Positions 31,866 through 32,000 of a stretch of 32,000 nucleotides of DNA are shown here, piece by piece; positions within the stretch are counted from its first letter, which is position 1; each line of letters opens with the position of its first letter. Where the stretch lies: the NCBI RefSeq assembly GCF_000012285.1, contig NC_007181.1:1380001-1412000 (forward strand). The letters are read 5' to 3'. Origin of the DNA: Sulfolobus acidocaldarius DSM 639 (GTDB taxonomy: Archaea > Thermoproteota > Thermoprotei_A > Sulfolobales > Sulfolobaceae). The notes beneath the pieces were generated by a model that had not been told where the DNA came from, did no database searches, and saw nothing but the letters and a program-made list of their open reading frames with translations. A program made the position numbers and the translations under genes.

Positions 31866-32000
31866 ATTTATTCTTTGCTACAATATTAATAAATTGTCTT
31901 GGTTTATCTGAGGTATTACAAAGGTTTACTAATATCCGATGCTTATGCCCCAGGCTTAAAATGGGATGAGAAGTTACAGGGCTATATAAATTTCGCTTAT

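Overview
The window is a low-GC (visually about 35-37%), gene-dense stretch of archaeal chromosome. Protein motifs, GTG/TTG starts, ATGA-type start/stop overlaps and TATA boxes about 25-28 nt upstream of start codons all point to Sulfolobales; that assignment is inference, not a search result. Most of it is housekeeping. It opens with a translationally coupled arginine block (argH 3' end, carA, carB, and a LysX/ArgX-type ATP-grasp ligase). It also carries translin-like, 3-hydroxyacyl-CoA dehydrogenase, cupin, enoyl-CoA hydratase, heme O synthase, homoserine dehydrogenase, TldD/PmbA, USP, BirA, Sua5, a lone NuoB-like protein, an M20 peptidase, two VIT1/CCC1-type proteins, an MFS transporter, pyruvate kinase and a Bax1/DUF790 nuclease. 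I found no CRISPR array, tRNA/rRNA gene, transposase or integrase. Most worth a second look: (1) A tight 4-gene operon at 27917-30424 encodes a 68-aa beta-grasp protein ending in Gly-Gly, a HEAT-like repeat protein, a DAO-family FAD oxidoreductase and a helical protein. It is divergent from a Trm9-like methyltransferase, which suggests an uncharacterised wobble-uridine or ubiquitin-like carrier module. (2) A canonical C/D box sRNA starts at the stop codon of an upstream gene (8934-8983). (3) Homoserine dehydrogenase has its Rossmann N-terminus upstream of any canonical start codon, within an ATAA stop/start overlap. (4) An 8-Cys small ORF has its own promoter-like element. (5) C/D-box-like motifs cluster in the sua5/nuoB-like intergenic region. 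All family assignments come from reading motifs by eye; no searches were run.
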